In this document: one piece after another, positions 40,178-50,526 of the stretch
How positions within the stretch are numbered: position 1 is the first letter of the stretch
How the letters are laid out: the number at the start of each line of letters is the position of its first letter
NCBI GenBank assembly: GCA_963737655.1
Contig: CAVTTN010000002.1
Span: forward strand, 2,720,001-2,784,000
DNA from: an uncultured Planctomycetota bacterium
Lineage (GTDB): Bacteria; Planctomycetota; Planctomycetia; Isosphaerales; Isosphaeraceae
Length of the DNA: 64,000 nt
Direction: 5' to 3'
The notes under the pieces: generated by a model
The model's database searches: none
Told to the model about the DNA's origin: nothing
The model's input: only the letters and a program-made list of their open reading frames with translations
Translations under genes and position numbers: made by a program

Positions 40178-40256
40178 GGGTGGCATGCTCACGTCTCCGT
40201 GAGCATGTCTTCGGTGAGAGCATGGCCGAAGGCATGCTCACGGAGACGTGAGCATG
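40178..40256. repeat. REP-like doublet, family C
   Basis: gggtggcatgctcacgtctccgtgagcatg ... catgctcacggagacgtgagcatg. Confidence 0.8.
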
Positions 40257-40285
40257 TCAAACGACCATGCATAAGACACAGACGT

Positions 40286-41335
40286 CTAGAGCTGATCGGC
40301 CGAGACGATCTCGCTGCCGGCCCGGGTGGCGAGGCTCCTCCAGACCGGCGGGGTGATGCTCTCCTTGACGAAGTGGACCGAGCCATCGGCGAACAGGAAG
40401 TTCACGCCTCCGGGGTGGCGGCTCCAGTAGTCCTCGACGTGGGCCATCTTGTCGTTGGGGGTCCTCGTGCCGTCTTCCAGGCCGGCGGGGCCGAGGACCT
40501 GGGTCCAGGTCTCCTCGGGCGAGGGGTTGAACTGGTCGGTCCCGCCCTCGATCAGGGACGTCACGCCGAGCCATCCGTTGGGCGTCCGGGCCGTCCAGGT
40601 CACGTAGCTGAGGTTGTGGCTGCGTTCGCCGATGGCGATGGTCTGGCTCGTGCCGTCGACGATGTCGGCGATCCGTGTCCGGCTATTCCGGGAGAAGATC
40701 CCGACCGGCGAGCCGATCGAGCCGACGTTGGGCGAGTCGGTGGGCCCGGAGCCGCCGCAGATCTCTCCGACGCCCCACATCCCCACGTAATTGCCCCGGG
40801 CCACGCGGTCCAGGACGTTCGAGCCGCTGTACGAGCCGGGATTGGCCGGGTCGGGCGGGTCGGCGAAGACGGGGATGGTGTCGGGCCCGGAGTCCGACGG
40901 GCAGAGGTAGGAGCTCACGAGCGTCGTGCTCGACGTGTTGTTCGCCGCGAAGGCCACCGAGAGGTTGAAGTTGATCGAATTGAACAGCGGGCCCTGCTCG
41001 ATCTGGGGGAGGATCATGCTGCCCCAGGCCCAGCCGGTGCCGAGATCGATGCTCTTGGAGTTCTCGCTGTCCTGGTCGCACGGGTCGGTCACGGTCCGGT
41101 CGATGGCCGAGACGTAGCCGGGCGGGAAGACGCCGTGGGAGTCGAGGTAATTGTGCAGGGCCACGCCGATCTGCTTCAGGTTGTTGATGCATTGAGACCG
41201 CCGGGCGGCCTCTCTCGCGGCCTGGACCGCCGGCAAGAGCAGGGCGATCAAAACGCCGATGATGGCGATCACCACCAGCAGCTCAATCAGGGTGAAGCCG
41301 GGCCGACGGGCCCGGAGGGTGCGGAGTCGAGGCAT
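40286..41335 (-). CDS. DUF1559 prepilin-type N-terminal cleavage/methylation protein (H-X9-DG)
   Basis: GFTLIELLVVIAIIGVLIALLLPAVQAAREAARR.QC.NNLKQIG.ALHNY; CPSD; DGTSQT; HPGGVNFLFADGSV. Confidence 0.96.
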   Translation of the reverse strand: MPRLRTLRARRPGFTLIELLVVIAIIGVLIALLLPAVQAAREAARRSQCINNLKQIGVALHNYLDSHGVFPPGYVSAIDRTVTDPCDQDSENSKSIDLGTGWAWGSMILPQIEQGPLFNSINFNLSVAFAANNTSSTTLVSSYLCPSDSGPDTIPVFADPPDPANPGSYSGSNVLDRVARGNYVGMWGVGEICGGSGPTDSPNVGSIGSPVGIFSRNSRTRIADIVDGTSQTIAIGERSHNLSYVTWTARTPNGWLGVTSLIEGGTDQFNPSPEETWTQVLGPAGLEDGTRTPNDKMAHVEDYWSRHPGGVNFLFADGSVHFVKESITPPVWRSLATRAGSEIVSADQL

Positions 41336-41494
41336 GGAAGGCTCCCGGGGCGCGCCGGGCCGAGCGAGGCTCGCTCGAGACGGCCGGCGCGTGGATAGGT
41401 CCGAATGGATGCGAGATCGACGGGAAGGACCGGGGACGGCCGAGGCGCGACGCGCGCCAGGGTCGCCTCTCATCGGGGCTTCGATCGAAGCACA

Positions 41495-41849
41495 TCAGAC
41501 GGACGGGGGCCCCGGGACGAGGGCCTCAGGGCGGCGAACGAGAGGAGGCGGGCGGTGGCCCGGCCCGGCAGGGGCGCGACGCGGGGGGCGTCGAGCGTGG
41601 GCGGCTCGCTCGGGCAGGCGATCAGGTTCGATCGGAGCTGGCAGGCCGGGCAATCGTCCCGGTCTCGACCGAGGTCCGGCGCCGGGTGGCCGGAAAGGTG
41701 CTCGCGGACGTCATCGCACGACGCCACGCACGCCGGATCGACCTGGGCCTCGTGGACGTGCCGATGCGCCCCTGCGCCCACATCGCCGCGACGACGTAGG
41801 CCAGGGTCAGCCAGGCTCGGACGCGGCGACGGGCCTCGACCACGGGCAA
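41495..41849 (-). CDS. DUF2946/CruR/CutF-like putative metal-sensing leader protein, two homopolymer frameshifts
   Basis: Adding one base in each of the runs 41769-41772 and 41505-41509 joins RRRVRAWLTLAYVVAAMWAQG-AHRHVH..CVASC..H..H..DCPACQ..RGPPSV*. Confidence 0.7.
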
Positions 41850-41896
41850 TCACTCGGGATCCAAGGGCGGTGATCGGTCGTTCCGATCCGCAAATT

Positions 41897-41926
41897 AACT
41901 TAAGACGACCCGGCCGGCCCTGTCAA
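41897..41926 (-). promoter_or_regulatory. Putative sigma-70 promoter of the leader-DUF1559 unit
   Basis: Minus strand TTGACA (41921-41926)-N18-TAAGTT. Confidence 0.5.
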
Positions 41927-42229
41927 GCCGGGACCTCACCGACGCAAGATCGATCTGGGGTTCCAGCTGGAGGATCGGACGCCCTCTCCCCCGACCCCGG
42001 AGCGGAGGGTAAGCGCCGCTCCGACGGAAGGACGGATCGACCTTGCTCACCGGCGACGGGCCGTAACGCAGGTCCGTATCCCGGCGGAATCCGGTCTCCC
42101 GGAAACGGGGAAGGCCGGGGATGACCACGTTGAGGTCGGACACTCGCGCGGTTAGTCTGGGGCTTGCGATGCCGCGATCCCGGGCTCTCCCCGCCCCCCA
42201 GGCCCCCGAATGGATTGTGAAGGCCCACC

Positions 42230-44701
42230 ATGCCGATCCGCGTGGTTTGCTCGTCGTGCCAGGCCGGGTTCCAGGTCGCCGACGAGGCCGCCGGCAAGCG
42301 GGGCAAGTGCCCCCGGTGCAAGTCTCCGGTGACGATCCCCCGGCCCGACGCCCGGCTCGCCGCCCTGGCCGACGAGGACGACTCGCCCTACGAGCTCGCC
42401 GGGACGACCGGACGGCCCCGGGTCGCGTCGTCGTCGCCGTCGGGGGTCGTCGGCGCGAAGTCCTCGGGGCCTCTTGTCCTGACCGACGCCGATGCCGTGA
42501 CCGAGGCGACCCTGACCCGCGCCCAGATCCTCTCCGCGTTCCAGGAGTACATCGAGCCGGTCAAGCCGACGGCCGCCTATCGCGCGATGGTCGCCCTGGT
42601 GGCCGCGGCGATGGTCGTGCTCCCCTTGATCTATCTGAGCCTGATCGGGCTGATCGCCTACGCGGTGTTCTGGCACGCGTCCACCAACTACACGATCTTC
42701 AACCACGTCCAGGGGGCCAATGCCGGCAAGGGGGCGTTCTTCGTCTACGTGGTGCCGATCGTGGCCGGGTTCGCCATGATCGCGTTCCTGACCAAGCCCC
42801 TCTTCGCGAAGTCCGGCGGGGCCGACAAGACGCGGTCGCTCGACCCGTCCAAGGAACCGCTCCTCTTCGCGTTCGTGGACGGCGTGTGCTCCACCGTCGG
42901 CGCGCCGACACCCACGAGGATCGACGTGGATTGCCGGGTCAACGCCTCGGCCGGGTTCGAGGGCGGGCCCGTGTCGATCCTCAACCGGAGGCTCGTCCTG
43001 ACGATCGGCCTCCCGCTGGCGGCGGGCCTGGACATCAAGCAGTTCGCCGGGGTGCTCGCCCACGAGTTCGGCCACTTCTCCCAGGGGACCGGGATGAGGG
43101 TCTCGTTCCTCATCCGATCCATCAACATGTGGTTCGCCCGGGTCGTCTACGAGCGCGACTCCTGGGACGACGGCCTGGCGCAGATGTGCCGGTCCGATCC
43201 CAGGCTCGCCGTGATCGGCTGGTCGATCCGGGGGGTCGTCTGGCTCTCGCGACGGGTCCTGTGGCTCCTGATGATGCTCGGCCACGTGATCAGCGGCTTC
43301 CTCCTCCGCCAGATGGAGTTCGACGCCGACCGCTACGAGGCCCGGACCGTCGGCGGAGAGGTGTTCGAGTCCACCGCCCGGAGGCTCCACGTCCTGAACG
43401 TGGCGAACAATGGCGCCTTCATCGACCTCTCGGAGTCCTGGCGAGAAAACCGGCTGGCGGACAACCTGCCGAAGCTGATCATGGCCAACGTCCGGCAGAT
43501 TCCCCAGGAGGCGCTCGACAAGATCGACGACGCCGTGACCCAGGGCAAGACCGGCCTGTTCGACACCCACCCCTGCGACCGGGAACGCATCCTCCGCGCC
43601 CACGCCGAGGACGCCGACGGCGTGTTCCGCCTCGAAGGCAAGGCCAGCGACGTCTTCCGCGACTTCGACGGCCTCTGCCGGGCCTCCACGTTCGACACCT
43701 ACAAGGCGATCTTCGGCCGCAACGGCGTCTCCAAGGAGCAGCTCCAGCCGGTGGCGGAGGTCGTCCGCACCACCGAGGCCTCGTTCGAGGGGAACAAGGC
43801 GATGGCCCGGGTCTTCCAGGGCGTCTTCCATCCCTTCCGGCCCCTGAACTTCCCGCCCGAGCCCCCGAAGCCGCCGGCCGACCCGAAGCTCGGCCGGGCC
43901 AACCTGATCAAGGCCCGAGACCGGATGGCCGAGACCGCCGAGGCCTATCGCGACCGCCTCCCCGAGTTCGACGAGATCAACGCCCGGGCGATGAAGGCCG
44001 AGGCGGCGGTCTTCCTGGCCAAGGCCGACTTCAAGTTCCGGGCCGGCGAGTTCGGTCTCCGGCGCGCCACCGTCGAGGCCGCCTCCGAGGCCGACGCCGA
44101 GGCCAAGGCCGACCTGGACGCCCTCGACGAGGCCCTGAGCATCCGCGAGAGCGCCGCCATCCGAAGGATTCACGCCGCCCTGTCGCTCCTGGAGATCGAC
44201 ACGGTGGCCGAGGTCGTCCCCTCGGGCCGGGACCTCCGCGAAGAGGCGAGGGTGCTCTATCCGGTCGCCGGGCACATCGGCCGCCACTCGATGCCCGCGC
44301 TCCGGGCCGCCTTGCAGTCGCAGCAGGCGCTCATCGCGGTCTGCGGAAAGATCCAGGGGAACGAGCAGAACGAACGGATCTTCAACGCCGTCCGACGAGG
44401 CGGCAAGAGGCTCCGCGACGTCTTGCAGGAGCTCGGCTGGAAGCTGGGCAACTCGGTGGCCTACCCGTTCGAACACGGAGACGGCCAGGTCTCGCTCGGC
44501 CAGTACGCCCTGCCCCGCGTGCCCAACCCCGACGACATCAACGGCCTGCTCAACGCCACGGGCCAGGCCGTGGACAAGACGATTGCCCTCTACTATCGCG
44601 TCCTCGGCCGGCTCACGCTCGCGGCCGAAGAGGTCGAGAAGGCCATCGGCCTCAAGCCCCTGCCCGCCTTGCCGAAGGACGACGCCGAGGAGAAGGCGTA
44701 A
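42230..44701 (+). CDS. M48-family membrane zinc metallopeptidase with an N-terminal zinc ribbon
   Basis: CSSC..CPRC; TM helices; VNASA; AHEFGH; EFDADR; DTHP. Confidence 0.9.
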   Translation: MPIRVVCSSCQAGFQVADEAAGKRGKCPRCKSPVTIPRPDARLAALADEDDSPYELAGTTGRPRVASSSPSGVVGAKSSGPLVLTDADAVTEATLTRAQILSAFQEYIEPVKPTAAYRAMVALVAAAMVVLPLIYLSLIGLIAYAVFWHASTNYTIFNHVQGANAGKGAFFVYVVPIVAGFAMIAFLTKPLFAKSGGADKTRSLDPSKEPLLFAFVDGVCSTVGAPTPTRIDVDCRVNASAGFEGGPVSILNRRLVLTIGLPLAAGLDIKQFAGVLAHEFGHFSQGTGMRVSFLIRSINMWFARVVYERDSWDDGLAQMCRSDPRLAVIGWSIRGVVWLSRRVLWLLMMLGHVISGFLLRQMEFDADRYEARTVGGEVFESTARRLHVLNVANNGAFIDLSESWRENRLADNLPKLIMANVRQIPQEALDKIDDAVTQGKTGLFDTHPCDRERILRAHAEDADGVFRLEGKASDVFRDFDGLCRASTFDTYKAIFGRNGVSKEQLQPVAEVVRTTEASFEGNKAMARVFQGVFHPFRPLNFPPEPPKPPADPKLGRANLIKARDRMAETAEAYRDRLPEFDEINARAMKAEAAVFLAKADFKFRAGEFGLRRATVEAASEADAEAKADLDALDEALSIRESAAIRRIHAALSLLEIDTVAEVVPSGRDLREEARVLYPVAGHIGRHSMPALRAALQSQQALIAVCGKIQGNEQNERIFNAVRRGGKRLRDVLQELGWKLGNSVAYPFEHGDGQVSLGQYALPRVPNPDDINGLLNATGQAVDKTIALYYRVLGRLTLAAEEVEKAIGLKPLPALPKDDAEEKA

Positions 44702-44710
44702 GGCCATCTT

Positions 44711-45271
44711 TCAGGAGAAGACCCGATCGACGGCGACCCGCCAGCCCGGGACCGCCGGCTCGGCGTCGGCCGAGTCCCCGGGGCGGGAGATGGTCGGCGA
44801 ATCCGGGGCGTCGCTCCGGTACGACCGGATCTCCTTCGCCACCGGGTCCACGTCCCAGACGACGAGCGTGCCGGCCTCGAAGTAATCGGCCCGTTTGTCG
44901 GCGATCTCGCGATCGGCGGCCGGTCCATGATCCCCCTCGGAGCGGACCTCGACGGCGAACGTCGGGGGGGCGTCGAGGAACCGCATCGGCCGGGCGGGCA
45001 TCGGGCCGTCGAAAAACGCGGCGTCGGGGCAGAACGATTCGCGGCCGGACGAGAGCTCGGGGACCATGAAGCCCATCATCCCGGCGAAGGCGAAGCCCCC
45101 ACCTCTCCGTTCGGCCCATTCCTCCATGGCCCTGGAGATTCTCCCGGCGGCGCGGATCGTCGCAAAACCTCCGGGAGGAAATTCGACGATGCGCCCGCCG
45201 ATCAACTCCGCTTTTCCCCGGACGCGGAGCAGGTCATCGACCGTTGCCCGAGCCGGTCCCGCGATGGCCAT
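44711..45271 (-). CDS. Uma2 family endonuclease
   Basis: ELIGG; PDAAF; P.FAVEVRS; K.ADYFEAG..VVWDVDP; VPGW. Confidence 0.9.
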   Translation of the reverse strand: MAIAGPARATVDDLLRVRGKAELIGGRIVEFPPGGFATIRAAGRISRAMEEWAERRGGGFAFAGMMGFMVPELSSGRESFCPDAAFFDGPMPARPMRFLDAPPTFAVEVRSEGDHGPAADREIADKRADYFEAGTLVVWDVDPVAKEIRSYRSDAPDSPTISRPGDSADAEPAVPGWRVAVDRVFS

Positions 45272-45356
45272 GATCTCGCCCCGATCTCCTGGAGTGGTCG
45301 ATCTCCCCGATTGTCTCCGCCGCGATCGGGCCGGGTCCACGACGGCCCTTCTTGGT

Positions 45357-46370
45357 CTACGATCGACCCGCCGACGCCTCCTTCGGCCTCCTCAGGTGGT
45401 TCCTCAGGTCTCGCAACGGCCCGAGGTTCATCGGGAAGTGCGGCGGGGCGATCGGCGATTTTGCGAGCTTCAGGCGCTCGGCCCGGCGGGATCGAAAGGT
45501 GGGGAGGGCCCGGATCGCGTCGATCTTGCCGAGCGCGAAGGGCCGGAATCGGCCCCGGGCGAGCCTCCAGATGGCTTGAATCGTCGTGAATCCCAGGTGA
45601 GGGACGATCGCCGCCATCAGCCACGGGGCCGGCAGGCTCGTCCAGAAGAGGATCTCGGCGTTCCGGCTCATCCGGCGCTGGAGATCGGGCCGGGAGTGGT
45701 CGTAGCTGGCCGAGACGTCGTGCAAGATCCGGCAATCGGGGGCGAAGGCGCAGGAATAGCCGGCCCAGCGGAGCCGGAACGCCAGGTCCACGTCTTCATA
45801 ATACGAGCCGAACGCCGGGTCGAACGGGCCGACCTTGCTCAGGGCCTCGGCCCGATAGAAGGCGCTGGAGCCGCTCGCGCCGAAAACCCGGTCGGGGGGC
45901 CGATCCGCCCAGAGGTCCGCCGGCTCGCCGTGCCCTCGTTTGCTCGGCCAACCGATCAGCGCGTACTGATCGCCGGCCGAATCGACCCGGGTCGGGTCCG
46001 ATCGGACCAGGACCAGAGGGGCGACCGAGCCGACCGAGGGGTCGTCGAAGGGCCTCAAGCCGGCCTCGACCCAACCTTCGGAGACCTCGGTGTCGTTGTT
46101 CAGGAGCTGGACGAATTCGCCCCGAGAGGCGGCGATCCCCGCGTTGGCGGCGGCGCAGAAGCCGCCGTTACGTCCCATCCGCACGACTTGAACGTAAGGA
46201 TGAGCGTCCAGGAGCCACTCGGACGTTCCGTCCGTCGAGGCGTCGTCGGCGACGACGACCTCGACCCCGCGTCCCGGCCGGAATCGGGCGATGCTGGCCA
46301 GGCAGGTCTCCAGGAGGTGCCGGCCGTTGTAGGTCGGGATCACGACCGAGAGCCGGGGCCGGTCGCTCAT
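45357..46370 (-). CDS. Glycosyltransferase family 2
   Basis: SVVIPTYNG; VADDASTDGT; N.GF.AAAN.G; LLNNDT; YYEDVDLAFR. Confidence 0.93.
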   Translation of the reverse strand: MSDRPRLSVVIPTYNGRHLLETCLASIARFRPGRGVEVVVADDASTDGTSEWLLDAHPYVQVVRMGRNGGFCAAANAGIAASRGEFVQLLNNDTEVSEGWVEAGLRPFDDPSVGSVAPLVLVRSDPTRVDSAGDQYALIGWPSKRGHGEPADLWADRPPDRVFGASGSSAFYRAEALSKVGPFDPAFGSYYEDVDLAFRLRWAGYSCAFAPDCRILHDVSASYDHSRPDLQRRMSRNAEILFWTSLPAPWLMAAIVPHLGFTTIQAIWRLARGRFRPFALGKIDAIRALPTFRSRRAERLKLAKSPIAPPHFPMNLGPLRDLRNHLRRPKEASAGRS

Positions 46371-47436
46371 CCGTCTCGTCTCCGAGGGGTCGCCGTCCAG
46401 CTCGTCTTGCCCGCGACGACGTGCTGGACGGTCATCACGAGGATGGTCAGGTCGAGCACGAACGACCACCGGCCGATGTAATCCAGGTCGTACTGCACCC
46501 GCTTTCGCAGCGAGGTCCGGCCTCGCCAGCCGTGGACCTGGGCCCAGCCGGTCATCCCCACCGGGACGGCGTGGCGGAACTCGTAGTCCGGCACGTCCTG
46601 GCGGAACTTCTCGACGAACATCGGCCGCTCCGGCCTCGGGCCGACGAGGCTCATGTGGCCCATCAACACGTTGAAGAGCTGGGGCAATTCGTCGATGTTC
46701 GTATGGCGGAGCCAGTCGCCGATCCGGGTGCATCGGCGGTCGTGGTCCTCGGCCCAGATCGGCCCGGTCTGGGTCTCGGCGTCGGTCGTCATGCTGCGGA
46801 ACTTGACGATCCGGAACCGCCGGCCCCCCTGCCCGACCCGCTCCTGGGTGTAGAAGATCGGCCGACCCGTGGTGATCAGGATCATCAGGGCGACGACCAG
46901 GAACAGAGGGGCCAGCATCGCCAGGCCGACCACCGCGCCGAAGACGTCCAGGGCCCGCTTGGCGGCCAGGGCGGCGCGGACCGACAGCGACCGGCGATGG
47001 ACGGTCCACAGGGGATCGGCCGGGGGTTCCAGGCCCTCCTCTCCGGCGCGAGGACGTCCTCGACCCAGTGGACGCGGACGTCCCCCGGAGGGGCGCCGAG
47101 GTCGGTGATCGCCGGCTTCAGCCTGCGGGCCGGCAGGCCGGAGAGGGCGACGACGACGTCGGTGGCCCGGGAGCGATCGACGAGCTCGGCCAGGTTCTCG
47201 ACGCTGCCGAGGATCGGCACGGGGTCGCTCTTGGGGTGGACGACCAGTTGCCGGCCTCGGCCGGAGAGGTCCACGAAGCCGACGACCGGGACGCCGGAGA
47301 ACGGGCCTCGCTCCAGGCACCGGGCGAGGACGCGGACCCGTCTTCGGGCCCCGACGAGGAGCAATCGGCCCCGATCTCCTCGGGGCAATCCCGGACGAGG
47401 GGGGTCGCTCGATCCGGCGGGGGTCGTTTCGGTCAT
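46367..47436 (-). CDS. Polyprenyl-phosphate sugar transferase (WcaJ-like priming glycosyltransferase), frameshift near 47020
   Basis: KRALD; QERVG..F.IVKFRSM; LR.TNIDELPQLFNVL.G.MSLVGPRP; G.TGWAQV; YDLDYI; N-terminal VVGFVD part in another frame. Confidence 0.9.
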
Positions 47437-47666
47437 GGTCGGCACCGATCCATCGGTGGGGGATCGGGGGAGGATCCGGGCCCCAGCCCGGTCCGGCCCC
47501 CGATCGGGCCTCGTCTCGCGTCCGGTCCGTTCCGGGGAAAAGACACGACGGCCTCGCCGTCCGTGGCGAGGCGAGCGGAGAGGGGGCCGGGCGATCCGTG
47601 CTCGCCCCCTCGATGGGGAAGGAATCCCTCAAGGTCATCCATCGGCCGGCCCGACGCTTGATTCCA

Positions 47667-48809
47667 ATGAATCCGCCGGAGTCGGCCTTGAGGCCGGAAA
47701 TCGTCCCGAGTAAGGTCCGCCGCGTGATCCTCCCCTCCCAAGACCCGCCGGCCTCCGCGATCTCGGCCGAGCCCCCGAGGCTGGCCGTGGTGATCGTCAA
47801 TTACAACGGCTGGCCCGACGTGGCGAGCCTGGTTGCCTCGCTGGCCGCCGAGCCCGAGGTCGGTTCCGGCCGGGCCGAGGTGATCGTCGTGGACAACGCC
47901 TCGGTCGGGCCGATCCCGGCCGATCTCGACCCGCCTCCTCGCGGAGTCCGCCTGGTCCTCCGGGCCGACAATGGCGGGTTCTCCGCCGGGGTGAACGCGG
48001 GGTGGCGAACGAGCCGGGCCCCCTGGGTCTTGCTGATGAACCCCGACGTGGCGATCGACGCCGGGCGGATCGGCCGGGTCCTCGGCCGGATCGACGCCTT
48101 CGAGGCCAGGCCCGAGGGGCCGCCGGGGGTCGTCGGATTCGGCCTGAGGAACGCCGACGGCTCGCCCCAACCGTCCGTCGGGGCCGAGCCGAGGCTCGTC
48201 CGGAGCCTCTGGGGGCAGTTCATACCCCGATCCCGCCGGAAATACCAGCCCGAGTGGCGGACCCGCCCCGGACCCGTCTCGTGGGTCACCGGCGCCTGCC
48301 TCCTCGTCGATTCCCGGCTGATGGCCGAACTCGGCGGGATGGACGAGCGGTTCTTCCTCTACTACGAGGAAGTGGCGCTGTGCGTGATGGCCCGCACGCG
48401 GGGCCGATCGGTCGAGTTCGACCCGAGCGTGACCGTCCGGCACCTCAAGCCGTTGCAGGATCGCGCCATCTCTCCGCGAATCCGGGTCTTCACCCGCCAC
48501 GGCAAGTTGCTGTTTTTCCGGGAGTTCCGCCCGCGATGGGAATTCCGGGCGTTGTGCGCGATCATCCGGGCCGAGGCGGCGATCCGGGGGGCGATCTCGC
48601 GACTCCGGGGCGATCGGGAGTCGCGAGGGGCGTGGAAGGCGATCGGGGCGATCGCGGCGGGCTTCCGACGAGGCGAGCCCCTGTTCGGGACGGACGTCCG
48701 GGACCTGGCCTCCGCCTCGACGGCCACCCCGACGGCGATCCCGTCGCACCATCTGCAACGATTGCCCGATCTGGAGAAAAGGCGGGACGGGGTCTCGGCC
48801 GATACCTAG
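47667..48809 (+). CDS. Glycosyltransferase family 2
   Basis: VVIVNYN; VVDNAS; NGGFSAGVN; LMNPD; W.TGACLL; DERFFLYYEE; start codon uncertain (47598-47726). Confidence 0.9.
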   Translation: MNPPESALRPEIVPSKVRRVILPSQDPPASAISAEPPRLAVVIVNYNGWPDVASLVASLAAEPEVGSGRAEVIVVDNASVGPIPADLDPPPRGVRLVLRADNGGFSAGVNAGWRTSRAPWVLLMNPDVAIDAGRIGRVLGRIDAFEARPEGPPGVVGFGLRNADGSPQPSVGAEPRLVRSLWGQFIPRSRRKYQPEWRTRPGPVSWVTGACLLVDSRLMAELGGMDERFFLYYEEVALCVMARTRGRSVEFDPSVTVRHLKPLQDRAISPRIRVFTRHGKLLFFREFRPRWEFRALCAIIRAEAAIRGAISRLRGDRESRGAWKAIGAIAAGFRRGEPLFGTDVRDLASASTATPTAIPSHHLQRLPDLEKRRDGVSADT

Positions 48810-48971
48810 CGAGGGCGAAGCCCTCTGCGTCGAGGAAACGGCCCGGTCGGTCTCCGCGACTGGGCTTGCCTCGAATCGCGTCTTATTGGAAGGTATCGCG
48901 ACACCCTGCCGACGATCTGTCGGCGGGCCCGGGCCAGGGACGGCCCGGGGCGTGTCCAGGGAGGGACCGGC

Positions 48972-50525
48972 GTGACGACGACTGGGCATGGGGTCCGCAT
49001 CGGCCTGCTGATGGTCCTGGCCGCCGGGCTGCTCGGCTGGCTCTCGACCCACACGGCCATCTTCTTCGATGATGGCCTCCGCTACATCTCCCAGGCCCAG
49101 AGGCTGGAGGCCGGCTCCCTCGTCGCGGGCCTCCTCCGAGCCGTCGATCACCCGGCGTATCCGGTCGCCATCGCTCTGGCCCATCGGGGCGCCGGCGGGG
49201 ATTCTCCCGAGTCGTGGCAGAGCGCGGCCCAGGCCGCGTCGTGCCTGATCGGCATGCTCCTGGTCGTGCCGCTGTACCTCGTCGCCAACGAGCTGTTCGG
49301 CCCGAAACGGGCCTGGCTCGGCGTCGTCCTCACGTTCGCCGTGCCGCTGACCGGCCACGTCCTGGCCGATGTTTTGAGCGAAGGGACCTTCCTTCTCTTC
49401 TGGATGTGGGGGCTGTATACCGCCCTGAGGTTCCTGAGAGACGGCCGGTTCGCGTGGCTCCCGCCCATGATCGCGCTGTCGGCGATGGCGTACCTGAGCC
49501 GGCCCGAGGGGATCTTGCTGCCGGCGGCGATGGTCGCGACGTTGCTCGTGATGCCGATCCTCCGGGCGACCCGGATGAACTGGCCGCGATGGTGGGCGGC
49601 CGTGGCGCTCCTGATCGTCGGCCCGGGATTGCTGGTGGGCCCGTACGTCGCGGCGAAGGGCGGGCTCGGCACGAAGCCGGCCGTCCAGCGCCTCCTGGGG
49701 ACCGCGCCGGCCTCCGCGCCCGACGCCGTCGAACGCGCCCGGCCGCTCGACCCGAACCAATCGACGGCGAAGACCGTGGCGCTGGCGGGCAAGGCGGTCT
49801 TCGAGGCGATCCGCGACTCGGTCACGATCCCTCTGCTGCCCCTGAGCGTCGTCGGCCTGGTGGTCGCGTGCCGGAGGCCCAACGGCCGGGGCCGCGCCTG
49901 GCTGTTCCTCGGGATCATGGGGACGGCCGCGCTCCTGGCGTTGATGAGGCTCCACGCCACGGGCGGCTATTGCAGCCCGCGTCACACGATGGTCCTCGCC
50001 ATGATCCTGATCCCCGCCGCCGGGGCCGGGCTCGACGCGATCCTGACTCGATTGACGATCCCCGGCCGCTGGTTCGGCCTGGGCGACGCCCGATTCAAGG
50101 CGGGCCCGGCGGTCTGGATCGCCCTGATGGCCGGCTTCGTCGCCCTGAACGCCTCGGCCCTGATGGAGCCGATCAACCTGGGCAAGGCGGGGTATCGCGA
50201 CGCCGGCCAGTGGATCAAGGGGAACGTCCCGCCCGGTGCGAAGGTCGTCGATGTGACCGGGCTGACCCTGTTCTACGGCGAGAGGCCCGGCTACACCTTC
50301 GCCAACCTCGACCAGGCCCCGGGCGATCCCGTCCTGCAATGGGTCGTCGCCCGCGAGAGCCACCTCAAGGGCCCGTGGTGGTATTGCCGGACGCTCAAGG
50401 AGCTCGTCGGCGACGCCCCGCCGGTGGCCTCGTATCCCGCCGACCCCCGGCCCGGACAGTCCAAGGTGCTGATCTTCCGCCGCCCCGAGAAGGTCGCGGC
50501 CGTCCGTCCCGGGGAGACTCGCTGA
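48972..50525 (+). CDS. ArnT/PMT-like (GT-C) membrane glycosyltransferase
   Basis: DD..Y after TM1; HPAYP; LSE; RPEG; about 11 TM helices. Confidence 0.75.
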   Translation: MTTTGHGVRIGLLMVLAAGLLGWLSTHTAIFFDDGLRYISQAQRLEAGSLVAGLLRAVDHPAYPVAIALAHRGAGGDSPESWQSAAQAASCLIGMLLVVPLYLVANELFGPKRAWLGVVLTFAVPLTGHVLADVLSEGTFLLFWMWGLYTALRFLRDGRFAWLPPMIALSAMAYLSRPEGILLPAAMVATLLVMPILRATRMNWPRWWAAVALLIVGPGLLVGPYVAAKGGLGTKPAVQRLLGTAPASAPDAVERARPLDPNQSTAKTVALAGKAVFEAIRDSVTIPLLPLSVVGLVVACRRPNGRGRAWLFLGIMGTAALLALMRLHATGGYCSPRHTMVLAMILIPAAGAGLDAILTRLTIPGRWFGLGDARFKAGPAVWIALMAGFVALNASALMEPINLGKAGYRDAGQWIKGNVPPGAKVVDVTGLTLFYGERPGYTFANLDQAPGDPVLQWVVARESHLKGPWWYCRTLKELVGDAPPVASYPADPRPGQSKVLIFRRPEKVAAVRPGETR

Positions 50526-50526
50526 G

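Noticed and set aside
44711..45271. Uma2 endonuclease as a novel defence gene
   Set aside because: Uma2 genes are commonly scattered in many copies in such genomes, and nothing in the local context is distinctive
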